From positions 287,527 through 351,526 of the forward strand of contig CAZTUB010000004.1 in NCBI GenBank assembly GCA_964615905.1: 64,000 bases of DNA, in the 5' to 3' direction. Positions 1 to 9,262 of the stretch are shown one piece after another; the stretch's first letter is position 1; each line of letters begins with the position of its first letter. The position numbers and the translations under genes are program-made. The notes below the pieces were generated by a model that did no database searches, had not been told where the DNA came from, and saw only the letters and a list, made by a program, of their open reading frames with translations. Source of the DNA: an uncultured Clostridia bacterium (lineage in GTDB: Bacteria > Acidobacteriota > Blastocatellia > UBA7656).

Positions 1-127
1 TGTGTGAGATGACAAGAAGCGAGATTGCCGAAAGGAAACCGCTTGATCGTCTTGTGAATGTCGATTGAACCAAAGAGACTCCTGCCGCCGGACAGCAATC
101 TACCCGGCGGCGGCATAGAGTCCGAGA

Positions 128-1897
128 TCATTGCGCGCTTAACCGCTTCCGCACGACGAATGCTCCAAATTCTTTCGAAGTATGTTTTGGGGCAACCGGC
201 ACATCCACTCCAACCGGAAGCGTCACCTCTGTCAGGTTCATCGGCAGAGCTACAGGCTTGCCGTCATATGTCCCTGTGACAACAGGCGTTCCAAAATAGT
301 TCTGGACATCCAGGACTTCATAAGAGTCGCCGGGCTGTAACCCTACGCTCGATATATCAACCATCACCGTATTGAGGTCATTCCAGTTGTAGACGGCGAT
401 GTGGCCCCGCCCTGGCTCATAAACATTCGGCCGCACAAAGGTCTTGACCCCAGTCGTCCGGGACCGGTGATAAATATTGTTGCCGTGCTGAGACTGCGTG
501 ACACCCCTCACCTCGCCAAAAAACGTGTTGCCGTCCATCGAAAGCTTTGCAGAACCTACCACGTTAAGTGCGAAGCCGCCGCTTACAAAGTAATTGCCGG
601 TCAGCCTGGCACTCTCCGTCCCCGCGTCATAACCGAGATTGTTCTCGCCCTCGTCCACTGCCGGGTTCATGTAAGTGTAGTTGTTCAAGATTACAGGGTT
701 GACCGCGAGGCCGTTGCCGCCATAAAGAATATCGCGGGCATAACCGCTGGCCGAAAGCGTCCCGTTCTCAAAAACTATATTCCCCTCCAGCACCACGTTG
801 TTTATAAAATCATCCGCGTCGTCGTTGTACACCTGTATGCCGTTTCTAAACTGTTTGAACAGAATGCAGTCTGTAACTCGCTTTGTTCCGTCCTCATTGT
901 GCGCGTAGATTCCATGCCCGTGCCCCCTGTCAGATTCCCACCCGTTATAGAAGATTATGCACCCGTACAACTCGCTGTTCTCTCCCGGCGTCCAGAACGA
1001 GAAACCGATTGCCGCATCGTGCACCACCAGATTGATGCATTTGATATTGTTTCCGTAAATCGTGACGCCCCTCCCCCTGCGCAAATCTGACGGCGACGAC
1101 CCTGTATCCTGCGACCTCCGTTGCCGTTCGGAGTACATAACCTCGAAGCCCCAGTAATGCGCGTGCGCCCCGTCGATCCTGAGTGCGTGGTAATCTTTGT
1201 AGGCGGGGCTTGACCCCGCGTCGATAACCGCTCGCTCGCCCGGATACTGTCTTAATATTATCGGCTTCTCAGGCGTACCGGTAAGCCTGCTTCGATAGAG
1301 AGTATTAGAACTCCATTGTTTAGTGTACAGGCCCCCGCGCATCCAGATCGTGTCCCCAGGTTTTACCGAAGCCGGGTGAGAGAGTGCGGTTTGCAGGTCC
1401 CAGGGCCGGTCTTTGCTGCCGTTGCCTGAGGCTGATCCTTTGGGCGTGACGTAGAACTGGTTGCCCGTATGAGGCGCGGGAGGGCGGGTCTGGGCCATGA
1501 CGGTAAAAGCGGTGCTAAGGGTGACGCCGTTATTAGTTGCAACGATTGTTACAGGTATATCGGCCTGGACCGTCATGGTCTCAATCGTAAAGGTCGCGCC
1601 AGATGTCTTTGCAGGGATAACAAGTCTTTTCGGGATGGTTGCCGAGGAAGGGTCGCTGACGGTCAGGGTAATCACCTTCCGTTTCTTCGTCTGGCCGCTC
1701 AAAGAGATTGTCGCCTCCACCACTTCACCGCCCGTGACGCTGTGAGAGCTTAGCGAGATCGACGATAGCGTTGGGCGGGCAGCGGCGGCGCATGTCGAGC
1801 CTTCTGTAAGCAGTATTATGCATGTCGCCGTGACGCATACGGCAATGAATCTGAAGTAGTGCTCCATCGAGCAGTAAGAAAATATTCTCTTGACCAT
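128..1897 (-). CDS. Secreted right-handed parallel beta-helix repeat protein (pectate-lyase-like fold)
   Basis: 589-aa ORF with an N-terminal hydrophobic signal peptide (FRFIAVCVTATCIILL...AAAA). Repeated N-G/V-T-L and GNxF/V motifs are typical of beta-helix turns. The signal peptide may actually begin at the internal Met, giving a start near 1867. Confidence 0.55.
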   Translation of the reverse strand: MVKRIFSYCSMEHYFRFIAVCVTATCIILLTEGSTCAAAARPTLSSISLSSHSVTGGEVVEATISLSGQTKKRKVITLTVSDPSSATIPKRLVIPAKTSGATFTIETMTVQADIPVTIVATNNGVTLSTAFTVMAQTRPPAPHTGNQFYVTPKGSASGNGSKDRPWDLQTALSHPASVKPGDTIWMRGGLYTKQWSSNTLYRSRLTGTPEKPIILRQYPGERAVIDAGSSPAYKDYHALRIDGAHAHYWGFEVMYSERQRRSQDTGSSPSDLRRGRGVTIYGNNIKCINLVVHDAAIGFSFWTPGENSELYGCIIFYNGWESDRGHGHGIYAHNEDGTKRVTDCILFKQFRNGIQVYNDDADDFINNVVLEGNIVFENGTLSASGYARDILYGGNGLAVNPVILNNYTYMNPAVDEGENNLGYDAGTESARLTGNYFVSGGFALNVVGSAKLSMDGNTFFGEVRGVTQSQHGNNIYHRSRTTGVKTFVRPNVYEPGRGHIAVYNWNDLNTVMVDISSVGLQPGDSYEVLDVQNYFGTPVVTGTYDGKPVALPMNLTEVTLPVGVDVPVAPKHTSKEFGAFVVRKRLSAQ

Positions 1898-2418
1898 ATC
1901 ATACCCCTTCGAAAATTAATGGGATTAAGACGTGTGAAAGAGCTAGTGTGAGGATTCAATTCCGTCTTGTGTGAGGGCTGTCTGTGAGGTTTAACCTCAG
2001 GGCGTCGGGCAATTCTGGGAACCTAATTATTATTTGTGGACTCCAGTATAAACGATCTACAGGCTATATCCAGACTTTTTCTAACCTCACTGAGCGGGGA
2101 TACAGTATAGGCAAGCGGCTCTCACGTTTGTAACCGGGCCATTGCGCGAGAATGGCGGTGCGGCTGACGATTGATGATATTGATATGAAGTTTATGGGAA
2201 CGTCCGGAAGCTCAACCGGCAGTAATGCTTCAAGCCTTGTTGTCGAAGCTCATCATACTCTAGCTGTAACTATGGTATTAGGGATCATCTATGAGGCTTA
2301 TGGTTAATCGAATACTGAGGCTATTAACGGCCAGTACGCTGTTGGGCGCGCTCCATCTTCTTCTTAGCGCGCTCTCCGCCTGTTGTGCGTCAGGCGGCGG
2401 CGCGCTGGGAGATTAACC

Positions 2419-3195
2419 TTAGCGCCTCGGACCGGCGGATACCGAAACACCATCGAAGTAGCTGATCACACCTGGGATCGGTTTATTGGACCCCAGCGAC
2501 ACATTCATAAACATCACCTGGTCGCCAATCCCTTTTGTGAATGGAACCTCACCGATGGTCTCGCCGTTGACGTAGCCATGCACCGTCCGACGCTCGTAGT
2601 CCAACACGGCTCTAAGGTGTATCCAATCACCGGCATTGTAGACGGGCCCGTACACTTTGTTATCATCGTAGTTAGAGAGGTAGGATACATAGCCGCTGTC
2701 CCGACCCTGGATGCCGATCAGGATATTCGGAACCGGATCACCATTGAGGCTACCGGTCAGTCCAAGGCCACAGCCGCATGTGGGCCCATCGTCACCTTCG
2801 AGGGCGAACCACCCTTCAACGACGACTCGCGGCATTCCACTATCGAGGGGAGCAAAGTTCAAGGGCCGAGCATACGAGCCGAAGAAGTATCCCTGCTTCT
2901 CTTCTAATCGAGAACCGTCGACCTGCAAGCTGTTTGATCCGTCCTTCGGGGCTCGGGTATTCCTCGATATGATGCTGGCCGCCTCAGAGCCGAGCGCGGC
3001 GAACCACTCGTCCTGACCCGCGAAACGCCCCGCCTGAAAACCTGGCGCCTCAAAGCTGATCGCGTATAACTTCGTTGGGAATTCGTCCGGGGCCTGGCCG
3101 CTGGGATTTTCCTTGCATGCTGCCGCTCCGAGCGAGACGATAAGTAGCAGGAGCAAAGTTTGCAGCCGTTCGCAAGGTCGAAAAGAGTTTACCAT
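2419..3195 (-). CDS. Secreted lipoprotein, function unknown (possible jelly-roll/LamG-like)
   Basis: Signal peptide followed by a Cys (LLLLLIVSLGAAAC), which is lipobox-like. No catalytic motifs were recognised. Confidence 0.45.
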   Translation of the reverse strand: MVNSFRPCERLQTLLLLLIVSLGAAACKENPSGQAPDEFPTKLYAISFEAPGFQAGRFAGQDEWFAALGSEAASIISRNTRAPKDGSNSLQVDGSRLEEKQGYFFGSYARPLNFAPLDSGMPRVVVEGWFALEGDDGPTCGCGLGLTGSLNGDPVPNILIGIQGRDSGYVSYLSNYDDNKVYGPVYNAGDWIHLRAVLDYERRTVHGYVNGETIGEVPFTKGIGDQVMFMNVSLGSNKPIPGVISYFDGVSVSAGPRR

Positions 3196-3220
3196 GGGAT
3201 GTCACTCCTTGGGTTGCGGC

Positions 3221-3817
3221 TCAGTTGTCAACTAGAGATATTTCAATGAGATTCGATCTACACAGCTCTGATTTATCAAACGTTTTATAAAAGTCCGGCT
3301 GGTTTCCTTCTACTCTGCCCGGATTAGCAGATAGAAATACCTTGTAGAGAATTAGTTGTATGTAATACTTCCCAACTGGCAAAAGCTCTCCCATACTTCC
3401 GTGCTTTGTCATCGGCACATACCCTGCCCGGAATCCGATTCTTGACCCTATATGTGAACCCTCGCTAAGAAACACCCAATCGGAATCTCCTATCAATGCT
3501 TGTGATCCTCCCTCATATTTAATCAAATCCCCCAGGTATCGTTTGCTTGCATCATAGATGGCTAACTGGCCCGGCAGCGGTTTTAGCCTGTTGAAAAAAG
3601 GGTTATAAACCGAGTGGTTACTGTTCGTATTGTAGAAGGTGTACTCAACAGCGAAAAGCTCGCCGCGTTGGAGTTTATTACTCCCAAGTTTCAATTCGGC
3701 TTTACCTCTATCATCTCCGGCCAACACCGGCTTTGCATCGCGGAATGAAGTTTGGTCTTGAGTGACAGAGAAAGCTATTGTGTTAAGCAGTAATAATGAA
3801 AGCAGAGCCTGTAACAT
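3221..3817 (-). CDS. Secreted hypothetical protein
   Basis: 198-aa ORF with an N-terminal signal peptide (MLQALLSLLLLNTIAFSV). It lies on the same strand as its neighbours in this block. Confidence 0.4.
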   Translation of the reverse strand: MLQALLSLLLLNTIAFSVTQDQTSFRDAKPVLAGDDRGKAELKLGSNKLQRGELFAVEYTFYNTNSNHSVYNPFFNRLKPLPGQLAIYDASKRYLGDLIKYEGGSQALIGDSDWVFLSEGSHIGSRIGFRAGYVPMTKHGSMGELLPVGKYYIQLILYKVFLSANPGRVEGNQPDFYKTFDKSELCRSNLIEISLVDN

Positions 3818-4020
3818 ACTAACCTCTTAGCCGCGCTGACTCCGCAAGCGTCTAACTATTAACTCAACTGCACGGTACGGTAAAAATGCCGATTTATAAT
3901 CTTTTACCGCATATCGCGGTAGAACCTGCTTGTACTTCTTCTTATGCCGCGCAGTATAACATGCATTCCCGCACCCTTATACCGACTCTTGCCTTATAGC
4001 CCCACCACGGGGTATCGCTT

Positions 4021-4773
4021 CTATGGCGCGAAGCGACGCCGCCAGCGCGCCCATAAACTCATCTGCGGGCTGGCCTCGATTTCCATGTCGCTGGCGTCGT
4101 ACCGGTGCAGAGGCGTCGTGTCGCCGGGCGGCCACATTGTGCTGACGGACCCAGGGCGATAGAACGTCGCAGTCAGGCTGCGCCGAGTCGATTGGCAGCC
4201 GCTTACAACGCGCGACACTGCATGCCAGGATTTCTCTGAGCGCACCAGCACGGCGGAATTGCCGACGATGGGCGCGATCTCGGCGGCGACGTCCGTTGGA
4301 TCGGCGGAGCGCAAAATGGTCAAACGGCCGCCGTCGCCTCCATTCCACGATTGGTTGAAATAAAGCACATGTGTGACGATCTTGTCCTTTAAGTCAGCGT
4401 GCGGCCCCAGACGTGCGCCCGGCCCGTAGTGGAAGACATTCACCTCTATCGGCACTGTGGTCAGATCACACCCGGTCAATGATGACATGGCGATACGGTA
4501 AGCCGGTGAGAGCAGATCATGAGCCAGGGTTAACCAGGCCCGGCTCAGTTCCTCAGGATGCGAGACGGTATTCCCTCCCATCGCAATCAGCGCGCGAGCC
4601 TCATATTGATAATCTTTTTCGCCGTCGTAACCCACAACCGTTTTGAAATGATCGCGAGGGAAGGAAGCTGCCAGGGCTGCCGCGTCTGACGGCGAGAATA
4701 GATTACCGATCTCAGCCCAGGCGTAAGGTTGAGGTTGCAGTGTGTGTTTTGTAATTTGTGTCAGGTCTATCAT
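4021..4773 (-). CDS. 2OG-Fe(II) oxygenase superfamily protein (prolyl-hydroxylase/PhyH-like)
   Basis: An HxD motif (GPHADLKD), a distal His (SWHAVSRV) and an R-x-S motif match the 2-oxoglutarate/Fe(II) facial triad and 2OG-binding residues. The start overlaps the upstream gene's stop by 4 nt (ATGA). Confidence 0.6.
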   Translation of the reverse strand: MIDLTQITKHTLQPQPYAWAEIGNLFSPSDAAALAASFPRDHFKTVVGYDGEKDYQYEARALIAMGGNTVSHPEELSRAWLTLAHDLLSPAYRIAMSSLTGCDLTTVPIEVNVFHYGPGARLGPHADLKDKIVTHVLYFNQSWNGGDGGRLTILRSADPTDVAAEIAPIVGNSAVLVRSEKSWHAVSRVVSGCQSTRRSLTATFYRPGSVSTMWPPGDTTPLHRYDASDMEIEASPQMSLWARWRRRFAP

Positions 4774-6080
4774 CTATCGCGGCTAATGCCGAGTAACCGT
4801 TTCAGGCTGCGGAACAGGAACCGCAGCGGGGCGGTGACCCTCATTGAAGGGGAATTATATAGTGTCGCGATGCGGTCGTCGCGCGCTACGATCTCCATGC
4901 GGAGCTTACTCAGTTCATCCGCGGCTTCGAGCAGGTTTGGCAGTGATTGCCAAAAGCGATTTAGCGCCGGTTGCGTTGCAGTGGATCCTTCGCAGAGGAT
5001 TGTCGCAATTTGATCCCAGTGATGTGCGAGTTGATCAAGGGCCGCGCCCGCCGCCGGAGAGGGGCATTTTTTCCCCAGCCGTGCAATAAACCAGTCGGGG
5101 TCTATCTCTGTCTCTTTTGTCAAAGGATAGATCGTCTCGAAGCTGGACAGCGCAGTGTATTTCCAGAAGGACAGGTCTGCCGAACAAAAGACCGGCACTC
5201 CGAAGGCGAGCGCGGTGACCGCCAGATGATAGCTGTGGCCGACGACCGCCGCCGCCTGGCTGATCAACTCTGCTAGCAGCAGTGGATGCGGCCAGACGGG
5301 CAAGCGGACTGATCCTGGTAGGTCATCGCCTACAATCGATTCGTGGTCGCCGAGCGCAGGCCCGATAGGCAGCACCAGGAAGCGGAAGTCCCCAAACAGT
5401 TGAGAATGATCTCTGATCAAGCGCAAGACGGGGTCCAGGCCGCTAACGGCCTGAACGATGATGTACGGGCCAGTCAAACCCGAAACCTCGCGCAAGCGAC
5501 TGAGTTCGGCTGATGGCTGCCGCTCATTAATCAATCTGGGGATTCCGAATGCGGTGTCAGGCAGGACAGCAATCCTGGCTTTGTTGACGAAGCGCGCAAG
5601 CACGGCCTGTGACAACTTGTCGCGCACCGAAATGTAGCGGCTATTTTCAAGGGCCAGTTTCATTAGGCCGTCGGCCCAGGGGGGGATGTTGTCGCCATGC
5701 ATGCCAGGCACATTCCAAATCAGCGGGATGTCGTGCTGCAAAGCAATCAACGCTGGCGTGAGCCAGTAGCCTGTGGCGTGATGGATCATCGGCGTTGGCG
5801 GACCGAAACCGTGGGCGATTACCTTGTCAAACCGAACTATAGACCCGCCCCCGATAAGAGTACCATCGAAACTGCTGGCGACCTCCGGCAGTTCCAGAAT
5901 TGAAGTGACAGTGTAAGGCCAATCGGGTGGCGTCTTAGCATTGTAGGAGAATCGGTGGAGTTTCACGGGGCCAAGACGTTCAGCTAACTCCTTCTCAGCG
6001 ATAAGTGGGAAGAGCATGTCGCCGTAGTTCTCAACATCGAAGGTCCCGAATATAGCAATCTGCCAATCGCGATCTCTCAT
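4770..6080 (-). CDS. Polysaccharide pyruvyl transferase family protein with C-terminal extension
   Basis: The N-terminal motif IAIFGTFDVENYGDMLFP matches the pyruvyl-transferase (CsaB/WcaK-like) signature G-x-x-N-x-GD. A GGGAG Shine-Dalgarno sequence lies 6 nt before the ATG at 6080. The longer ORF reaches 6095. Confidence 0.6.
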   Translation of the reverse strand: MRDRDWQIAIFGTFDVENYGDMLFPLIAEKELAERLGPVKLHRFSYNAKTPPDWPYTVTSILELPEVASSFDGTLIGGGSIVRFDKVIAHGFGPPTPMIHHATGYWLTPALIALQHDIPLIWNVPGMHGDNIPPWADGLMKLALENSRYISVRDKLSQAVLARFVNKARIAVLPDTAFGIPRLINERQPSAELSRLREVSGLTGPYIIVQAVSGLDPVLRLIRDHSQLFGDFRFLVLPIGPALGDHESIVGDDLPGSVRLPVWPHPLLLAELISQAAAVVGHSYHLAVTALAFGVPVFCSADLSFWKYTALSSFETIYPLTKETEIDPDWFIARLGKKCPSPAAGAALDQLAHHWDQIATILCEGSTATQPALNRFWQSLPNLLEAADELSKLRMEIVARDDRIATLYNSPSMRVTAPLRFLFRSLKRLLGISRDR

Positions 6081-6413
6081 CTGCGCTCCCCACATCGCAA
6101 GAAAATATCAGGCACGGTGGCCGAAGATCAAACCCAACCGAACTCATAGAAAAGAGATCGGGCTAGGGAACGCCAAAGCTTTAAAACTCTCATCGTGGAA
6201 CTCACAGAGCGGATAGCTTCTGAGCAGCAAGCTGCGGTTGATTTAAAGTCGCCGTCTGATTATTGTTTACGAGTAAAAGGTTGGTTGAGCATTTAGAGCT
6301 TTGAAGAGAGGCGCAGGGTTTTGCAAAGGCTCGGCGCGCGGGTTTATATTACACAGGATAACTACAGGCTGGACCTTGAGATACCTCTTGGTTACAGTGC
6401 AAAAGGTACTACT

Positions 6414-7160
6414 ATGTCAGGACATTCCAAATGGCACTCGATCAAACACAAGAAGGGGGCCATAGACGCAAAGCGCGGCAAGATGTTTTCACGCCTGATT
6501 AAAGAATTGACGGTTGCCGCTCGCGTCGGCGGCGGCGACCCGACCGGAAACGCGCGCTTGAGAAAGGCTATGGATGACGCCAAGGCGATGAACATGCCGA
6601 AGGACACGATGATGAACGCGGTCAAGCGCGGCACGGGTGAGATCGCCGGAGCGGCCATCGAGGACATCACGTACGAAGGGTATGGGCCGGGCGGGGTCGC
6701 GGTATTTGTCGAATGCCAGACCGATAACCGGACTCGCACCGTTGCCGAGATTCGCCACATCTTTTCAAAAAACGGCGGCAACCTCGGCGAGTCTGGGTCT
6801 GTCGGCTGGATGTTTCAAAAGAAGGGGACCATCATCGTAGACAAAGAGGCGGCTGATGAAGAACGTATGATGGAGCTTGCGCTCGAAGCCGGGGCCGAAG
6901 ACGTGAGCGATGACGAGGAGTCCTGGGAGGTTGTGACCGCGCCGGAGGATTTCAACACGGTGCTCGATGCGATCAAGAGCGCGGGCATAGAGCCATTGTC
7001 GGCGGAAACCGTCATGCGACCGACAAATTCGGTAGAGGTACACGGCGCGACTGCTCAGCAAGTCCTCAGACTCATGGAGACGCTCGAAGATCACGACGAC
7101 GTAGCGAGCGTTGCCGCCAACTTCGACATACCCGCTGACGAGATGGAGGCGGCCGGGTGA
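6414..7160 (+). CDS. yebC: YebC/PmpR family DNA-binding transcriptional regulator
   Basis: The protein begins MSGHSKWHSIKHKKG...RLIKELTVAARVGGGDPTGNARLR, which is the canonical YebC/TACO1 N-terminus. It sits in the conserved position immediately upstream of ruvC. Confidence 0.9.
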   Translation: MSGHSKWHSIKHKKGAIDAKRGKMFSRLIKELTVAARVGGGDPTGNARLRKAMDDAKAMNMPKDTMMNAVKRGTGEIAGAAIEDITYEGYGPGGVAVFVECQTDNRTRTVAEIRHIFSKNGGNLGESGSVGWMFQKKGTIIVDKEAADEERMMELALEAGAEDVSDDEESWEVVTAPEDFNTVLDAIKSAGIEPLSAETVMRPTNSVEVHGATAQQVLRLMETLEDHDDVASVAANFDIPADEMEAAG

Positions 7161-7222
7161 CACGCGCTCATTCCGGCGAGCCCTTCGGCGACGGGCAGGA
7201 ATCTCGCAGGCCCGAACCCCGC

Positions 7223-7732
7223 GTGCTTCGCGTGATGGGTGTCGACCCCGGAAGCGAAACGACCGGCTACGGCGTCATAGACAGCGACGGTCGTCATTAC
7301 AAGCTTGTCGAGTACGCAGGCATACGGGCCCCCGCGCGGTTCAATTTCGCGGAACGGTTGCTGATCATCAGCCAGAAGCTCGAAGAGGTGATAGGGCGGC
7401 TCAAGCCCACAGCTTACTCGGTCGAAGAGACGTTTTTTGCGGTCAATGTCAAAAGCGCCCTCAAGCTCGGCCACGTTCGCGGAGTGGTGCTCGTGGCGGC
7501 CACGCGCGCGGGCGTTCCCGTCTTCGAGTACTCGCCGCTTGAGATCAAGTCGGCGCTGGTCGGTTACGGCCGCGCCGAAAAACAGCAGGTGCAGGAGATG
7601 GTTCGGATACTGCTCGGCCTGAAAGACCCGCCCGAACCGCTCGACGCTTCCGACGCGCTTGCGGCGGCCATCTGTCACATACACCACGCCTGGACCGCCC
7701 GCCGCATCTCTGCTTCGGCGCGCAGGAAGTGA
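7223..7732 (+). CDS. ruvC: Crossover junction endodeoxyribonuclease RuvC
   Basis: MGVDPGSETTGYGVI matches the RuvC N-terminus (GIDPGSRVTGYGVI) and conserved acidic residues are present. The start is uncertain: the candidates are GTG 7157 (overlapping the yebC stop), GTG 7223 and ATG 7235. Confidence 0.88.
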   Translation: MLRVMGVDPGSETTGYGVIDSDGRHYKLVEYAGIRAPARFNFAERLLIISQKLEEVIGRLKPTAYSVEETFFAVNVKSALKLGHVRGVVLVAATRAGVPVFEYSPLEIKSALVGYGRAEKQQVQEMVRILLGLKDPPEPLDASDALAAAICHIHHAWTARRISASARRK

Positions 7733-7869
7733 CTGAAAGGGGCGGCCAACTTAATACTTGAGACGAGCAAGCCCGCGTAGTAAGATGATAGCGTCACAAG
7801 GGCCCGCGATGAGCATGCAGGTCCTCCGGTTAAGGTAGAGCGCCCACTCTAAGATTGTGATCGGTAGCC

Positions 7870-8637
7870 ATGACGGACCTCTATCAACTTCTAGGCGTAT
7901 CCCGAAGCGCAACCTCGGCTGAAATCAAGTCTGCTTACCGAAGGCTGGCGCGTAAATACCACCCTGACGTATCGGCCTCGCCCGACTCGAACGCGCGTTT
8001 CGCCCTGCTAAACCACGCCTATCACATCCTGATCGACCGCGATAAACGGGCTTCATATGACCGTGGCGAGAGCGACGACTCGCGACGGACTTTTTACGCG
8101 TCGCGTGAAGCGCAGGTCGTGGCCATACAGCGCGAGTTCGACCTGATGTTTGACGAGATGCTTGCGCACGAGCGGCAGGCTACAGCCGAGCGCAGCCACG
8201 CCGTCCTGGTCGTCGTCCCGCTCTTTTTGTCCGCATTCTACGTGATGCTGGCAAAGCCCACTATCATCGAGCAACTGAGCATTGCCGGGCGCATAGTCTT
8301 GATAGGGCTTGCGCTTTACGGGCTTGTATACCTGGTCAAAAACCTGTCGGTGGTCCTCGCGCGCTATACGTATGAGGAGCCCGATAAGATGACGAGCGTC
8401 TTTCGCCACGAGGAGCCGCCCGACAAGCTTATAAGCCGCAAGGCCGGGCTGGTCTTTCTCATATGCGGCTACCTTGTGTCGCTTGGGCTCGGTTATGTCG
8501 TGAGCCGGCTCGTTCCCATACTCTACGTCTCATCGCTATCGCCCGGCATGCTTTTAGGCGGGTTTCTCTATCCTCCAATCGCCGTACTCATAATCGGCAA
8601 CCTCCGCCGTATAGGCGGGCTTGTGGATCGCTTCTGA
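7870..8637 (+). CDS. J-domain (DnaJ-like) protein with C-terminal multi-pass membrane region
   Basis: N-terminal J domain DLYQLLGVSRSATSAEIKSAYRRLARKYHPD. The C-terminal half is hydrophobic with about 4 predicted TM helices. Confidence 0.7.
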   Translation: MTDLYQLLGVSRSATSAEIKSAYRRLARKYHPDVSASPDSNARFALLNHAYHILIDRDKRASYDRGESDDSRRTFYASREAQVVAIQREFDLMFDEMLAHERQATAERSHAVLVVVPLFLSAFYVMLAKPTIIEQLSIAGRIVLIGLALYGLVYLVKNLSVVLARYTYEEPDKMTSVFRHEEPPDKLISRKAGLVFLICGYLVSLGLGYVVSRLVPILYVSSLSPGMLLGGFLYPPIAVLIIGNLRRIGGLVDRF

Positions 8638-8662
8638 TTTATCGGGAACCTGGAATTCATAC

Positions 8663-9190
8663 ATGCGATACATAGACATACCCGTGGGCCGCAACGCGCC
8701 GGCCGTATTCAATATCGTCGTCGAGATACCCAAAGGGAGCGCGAACAAGTACGAATACGACCCTGAGCTGAACGTCTTCCGGCTCGACCGCACGCTCTAC
8801 TCGCCCATGCACTATCCGGGCGATTATGGGTTCGTGCCCTCGACTCTGGCGGGCGACGACGACCCGCTCGACGTGCTTGTGCTCGTCACAAACCCTACCT
8901 TCACGGGCTGCGTGACCGAAGTAAGGACAATCGGGATGCTTATGATGTTCGATCAGGGCAAGGAGGATTTGAAGGTGCTCTGCGTTCCGACAAGCGACCC
9001 TCGATCCGAAGCGCTCGACGATTACAAAGACATTCACCCGCACCGGCTGCGCGAGATCGAGCACTTCTTCAGTATATACAAAGAGCTTGAGGGCAAGCAG
9101 ACGGAGATGCGCGGCTGGCAGGGCGCAGATGCCGCGCGTCAGGCGGTCTTACGCGCAAGCGAACGGTTCAGAGAATCTGCGCTCGGTTAG
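8663..9190 (+). CDS. ppa: Inorganic pyrophosphatase
   Basis: VVEIPKGSANKYEYD...YPGDYGFVPSTLAGDDDPLDVLVL matches the family I PPase signature. Confidence 0.92.
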   Translation: MRYIDIPVGRNAPAVFNIVVEIPKGSANKYEYDPELNVFRLDRTLYSPMHYPGDYGFVPSTLAGDDDPLDVLVLVTNPTFTGCVTEVRTIGMLMMFDQGKEDLKVLCVPTSDPRSEALDDYKDIHPHRLREIEHFFSIYKELEGKQTEMRGWQGADAARQAVLRASERFRESALG

Positions 9191-9262
9191 AGGCTTCGCG
9201 TGAAAGCCAGAGTCGGCTCTCGATCATCGCGGCAGGCCAGGGCGCGACCGCCATAGCGGGTG

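Noticed and set aside
58-279. 73-aa plus-strand ORF at the window start
   Set aside because: It overlaps the 3' end of the well-supported minus-strand beta-helix gene. It has no Shine-Dalgarno sequence or recognisable domain, and it is typical of spurious ORFs in a high-GC genome.
401-1090. 229-aa antisense ORF inside the beta-helix gene
   Set aside because: Antisense ORFs like this arise by chance in GC-rich DNA. The same applies to many similar long ORFs in the track, for example 22713-23651, 25479-26525, 27012-28013, 44069-45010, 53024-53584 and 11581-12276. These are Arg/Ala/Pro-rich, have no motifs, and overlap strong CDSs.
6321-6413. Extended N-terminus for yebC starting at 6321
   Set aside because: The conserved YebC N-terminus MSGHSKW begins at 6414, and the upstream 31 codons show no conservation.
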